Assembly (NCBI GenBank): GCA_002633005.1
Contig: NMRA01000716.1
Location: 110,596 to 174,595 of the forward strand
Origin: Phoronis australis
Taxonomy: Eukaryota; Animalia; Phoronida
DNA length: 64,000 nt
Direction of reading: 5' to 3'
Shown here piece after piece: positions 61,029 through 64,000 of the stretch (position 1 is its first letter; each line of letters opens with the position of its first letter). The notes under the pieces were generated by a model. The model was not told the origin of the DNA. It made no database searches and worked only from the letters and a program-made list of their open reading frames with translations. The position numbers and the translations under genes are program-made.

Positions 61029-63770
61029 CTAGGACCGTAGTGCACAGAAGTGCTGGAATACTTCCAGTATGTGAATGTCTATGTCACTGGTGAACAGCAA
61101 AGACTCCAAGGTGCTGATGTACTTGAACACTTGTTCATTGTGCTGCAAACAAAAGAAGAATATCATTATTTGTTCACATTCGTAAACGGATTTAACAATG
61201 ATTGCGAGTAGTTGTCGAAATTAATTACAGTTACCAACTTCAAACCTGAATCCATTTATTCTAAGCTTATTTGCAAATATCACTATTTTGATAAAAAAAT
61301 TTAAACAATGAAATTTAACAATGATTTCTCTAAGGTAAAAATTTTTAAGGCACACATGTCTACCAAAATGGCTGCCACAGCACGAAAAAAATGGACTTCA
61401 TTTCCTGTGAACTCAATGTTAAAGAATGCATATTCAAATAGGGATGTTTTGGCAATATCTTCAAATGATAAGACTCATTCTAGTAAAATGAACCATTTGT
61501 TTCATGTTTCTCCAAACCTTCACATATAACAATCAGGTCAACTAGACACTAAATTATGAAAATTTTAAATCTGTTTTGTGGTAAATGTTCAAAAATTGCA
61601 AGTTTTTATAGATTTGCAGTTTCAGAAATGAACTTAAAAATAGTCTCGAGTGTTAATTGAAGTCTCTTTCCACATTGGTAATAAACATGTCAGGCAAAGC
61701 AGTGTTAGCCCAAGTCCAGCGTTCTTAATTAGTAAGGGATACTGTGCACCAGCAATCTTCTTGAACAACACCTCTCAAAAGACTTCGGTAGATGTCAGGT
61801 TTTTCCTGTGTGGCCACCATGCATGGTCAAAGGGAGGAGCTGTACCAAAATGACTGACAAGCTACTGACCATTAAGAACACCTGCTGCAGCCTTTCAATG
61901 ACCCACTTGTACCAAGGTGTGTTATAGTCCCGCCCTTCAGTCTCACAACTGGCCAGGTGATTACTCAGGATGATGATGAACCGCTGGAAAATAAACCATC
62001 AGTGCTTGACTTGAACATAAGCTAAGTGACAAAATACCAATGGTTTTGAAATTTTAAAATAATGCTTGTCACAATAATACGTTTTAAATATACTTAGTTT
62101 TCACTAAAACTTCATAAACAATGGATTTGGCTACAAACTTATTCCAAATGGTGATCTTAAAACACCTAATGGAATGTTCTAATTCTTGAATGACTGGAGG
62201 TGCACCTACAAAATGGCCGCCACAGTAGCATGGCATCAAAGCCCTGGTAAAAAGTGCAAATACACGTCAGGCTGTAACTTACAAAACGTTCCTATTTTAG
62301 TGACGTTCTTAGAGTGGTGGAACTCTTTCTGTATTGCTCAAAACACATTACTGTATTAAACTTCAAAAGACTTTTGATTTCTTGGTTTATCCTGCCACCG
62401 GTGCACAATTTTTGAAAAGTCAATGCACAAACTGGGAAAAATGCCCGATGAGGAAACATTGCCATTTAGTAACTCACCTGGAAGACGATCAGAAAGAGGT
62501 TCTTCTGTTCACTTTGTGCCGTCTCCAGCCTATCTTCCATCCGTTCCAACAATTCAATAGAGGGCGTGTCCTCAGGGATCTCAGACTCCAGCCCATCCGC
62601 CATCTGGTGAGAAGCAGATTATACTAACAATACGAACCAACACTCAGAAAAATGGCCCAGAATTCCCTGTCATGATGGCTGGACCGAAGCTGAATTCATT
62701 ATCAGTGTAATCTTCACTCATGGCTGCCGAATGAAGGGGAATTACCAGGAAAGTTATTCAGGTGGCCAATCCATATTGTACTTTGAATTGTATTGATTTC
62801 CCTCAACAGTTACTACCACTCAGAATCAGCCACCGTGACAGGAAAATGGTATTTTGTCCAATTACTTTCGTCTTGTACTGTATGTATCTGATGAACACTA
62901 CTCAACTGCTGCACATATAGTAGATGATAGACATTCTCTCACCTCTGATCTCACGAAAAATTAAGCACAGGCACAATTCCTTGACAATTTTTTGCTAATT
63001 CTCTTTAATTGATTTACTACTAATTTCACAGACAATTTTTGCCACAACTTCAGTAGACTGAGAACGCCTCTGAGTCAACAATATTGCAAATGAATTCGTC
63101 TTTTTACAGATAACAAGAATAGATGAATGCATACCCCAGAGCACAAATCTGTGAGATACAAGCCCTTCTAATCCAGAAAACCATAAGAAAGCAATCATCT
63201 ACTCAGCAGGCTAGCAGCTGATTTTGGATTGATGTTGCTTGTGTATTCATACTATGATAAACTGAACACCGGAGAGCTTGAAATACTGCTGAAGTGACCT
63301 CTACAGGACACACACCTGTCTGCTGGCAATGTTTGCGATGGCTGCTATCCCACAATACTATATGAATACAACATTTTCACCATCCGTAAAGAGGTCAATG
63401 AGAAATGCTGAAGAGAAAGGCGCGTTTTACATGTAACAAACATGATGCAGCGGAGTTATAAAGAATGTCTATTTTTCACTTCCTACTGTACACCAGATGT
63501 TCCTGGTAACCTACACATTCGTGCTTTACCCACTCGCAGTGCAGTCGCAACAAACATCCAGAATAAAAAGCAAAATTAAACATCTATAAACAAACATACG
63601 CACTGCAAGTCGGTAGCCTAACCAAACGCGTTCACCCAAAGATGTCGCCACTGACCTTCCTTTCGGCAGCGTCCAGTTTGTCCCTGCCATCTTCTACCTC
63701 CGCCTGTAACTTGAGCACGTGCTTACTCATTTTCCTAATAGTCGAGTGCATGATCTCCCACACATAGAAA
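61029..63770 (-). CDS. NCBP1: Nuclear cap-binding protein subunit 1 (CBP80), last four exons: 63770-63656, 62603-62478, 61983-61870, 61142-61029
   Basis: [22 protein letters not shown]...; [14 protein letters not shown]|[17 protein letters not shown]...[17 protein letters not shown]|[37 protein letters not shown] matches the CBP80 C-terminus; canonical splice sites in phase. Confidence 0.95.
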
Positions 63771-64000
63771 CTGGAACAGGCGACGTACACAGATTGCAGA
63801 CAGGGGGCACTATCAATCAGCTCCACGGATAGTCTTATGATGCGCGCAAGTTTTCATAAAGCACGGATAGTTTCTACAGAGCACGGCAAAAACACGACCC
63901 GGAATTCCCAGTCCCGACTGGTCATTCAATTTGCATTCATCTGTCATGAGTCTGCCATGACCAGTCATTTTAGCTAATCATGGCCACGTCATGATGAGAA

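Overview
AT-rich, intron- and transposon-rich animal (probably marine invertebrate) genomic DNA; most short six-frame ORFs are spurious and the real genes had to be rebuilt from splice sites. Left: minus-strand exons of an EGF-Ca/VWDE-like extracellular protein (215-4397, runs off the left edge) and decayed CLCA-like fragments in inverted arrangement (16.1-20.7 kb). Centre: a roughly 12-coding-exon plus-strand gene (ATG 29924 to stop 53661, about 1640 aa if spliced as modelled) that appears to fuse a HOP/STIP1 TPR2A module, a type II-like BIR (IAP) domain, a DUF294/GlnD-like pol-beta-superfamily nucleotidyltransferase and about 12 KLC/NPHP3-type 42-aa TPR repeats. This chimeric architecture is the main candidate for an undescribed system. 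Right: the last four exons of NCBP1 (CBP80) on the minus strand. Repeats include a solo LTR with 5-bp TSD, hAT-like elements with 5-bp TSDs, several MITEs, a Helentron-like HINE, Penelope remnants with hammerhead ribozyme motifs, and Gypsy, Academ, THAP and Kolobok-like fossils. The 995-bp duplication at 52912-54902 is probably an assembly (haplotype overlap) artefact. All family assignments come from motif recognition by eye; no database search was run.
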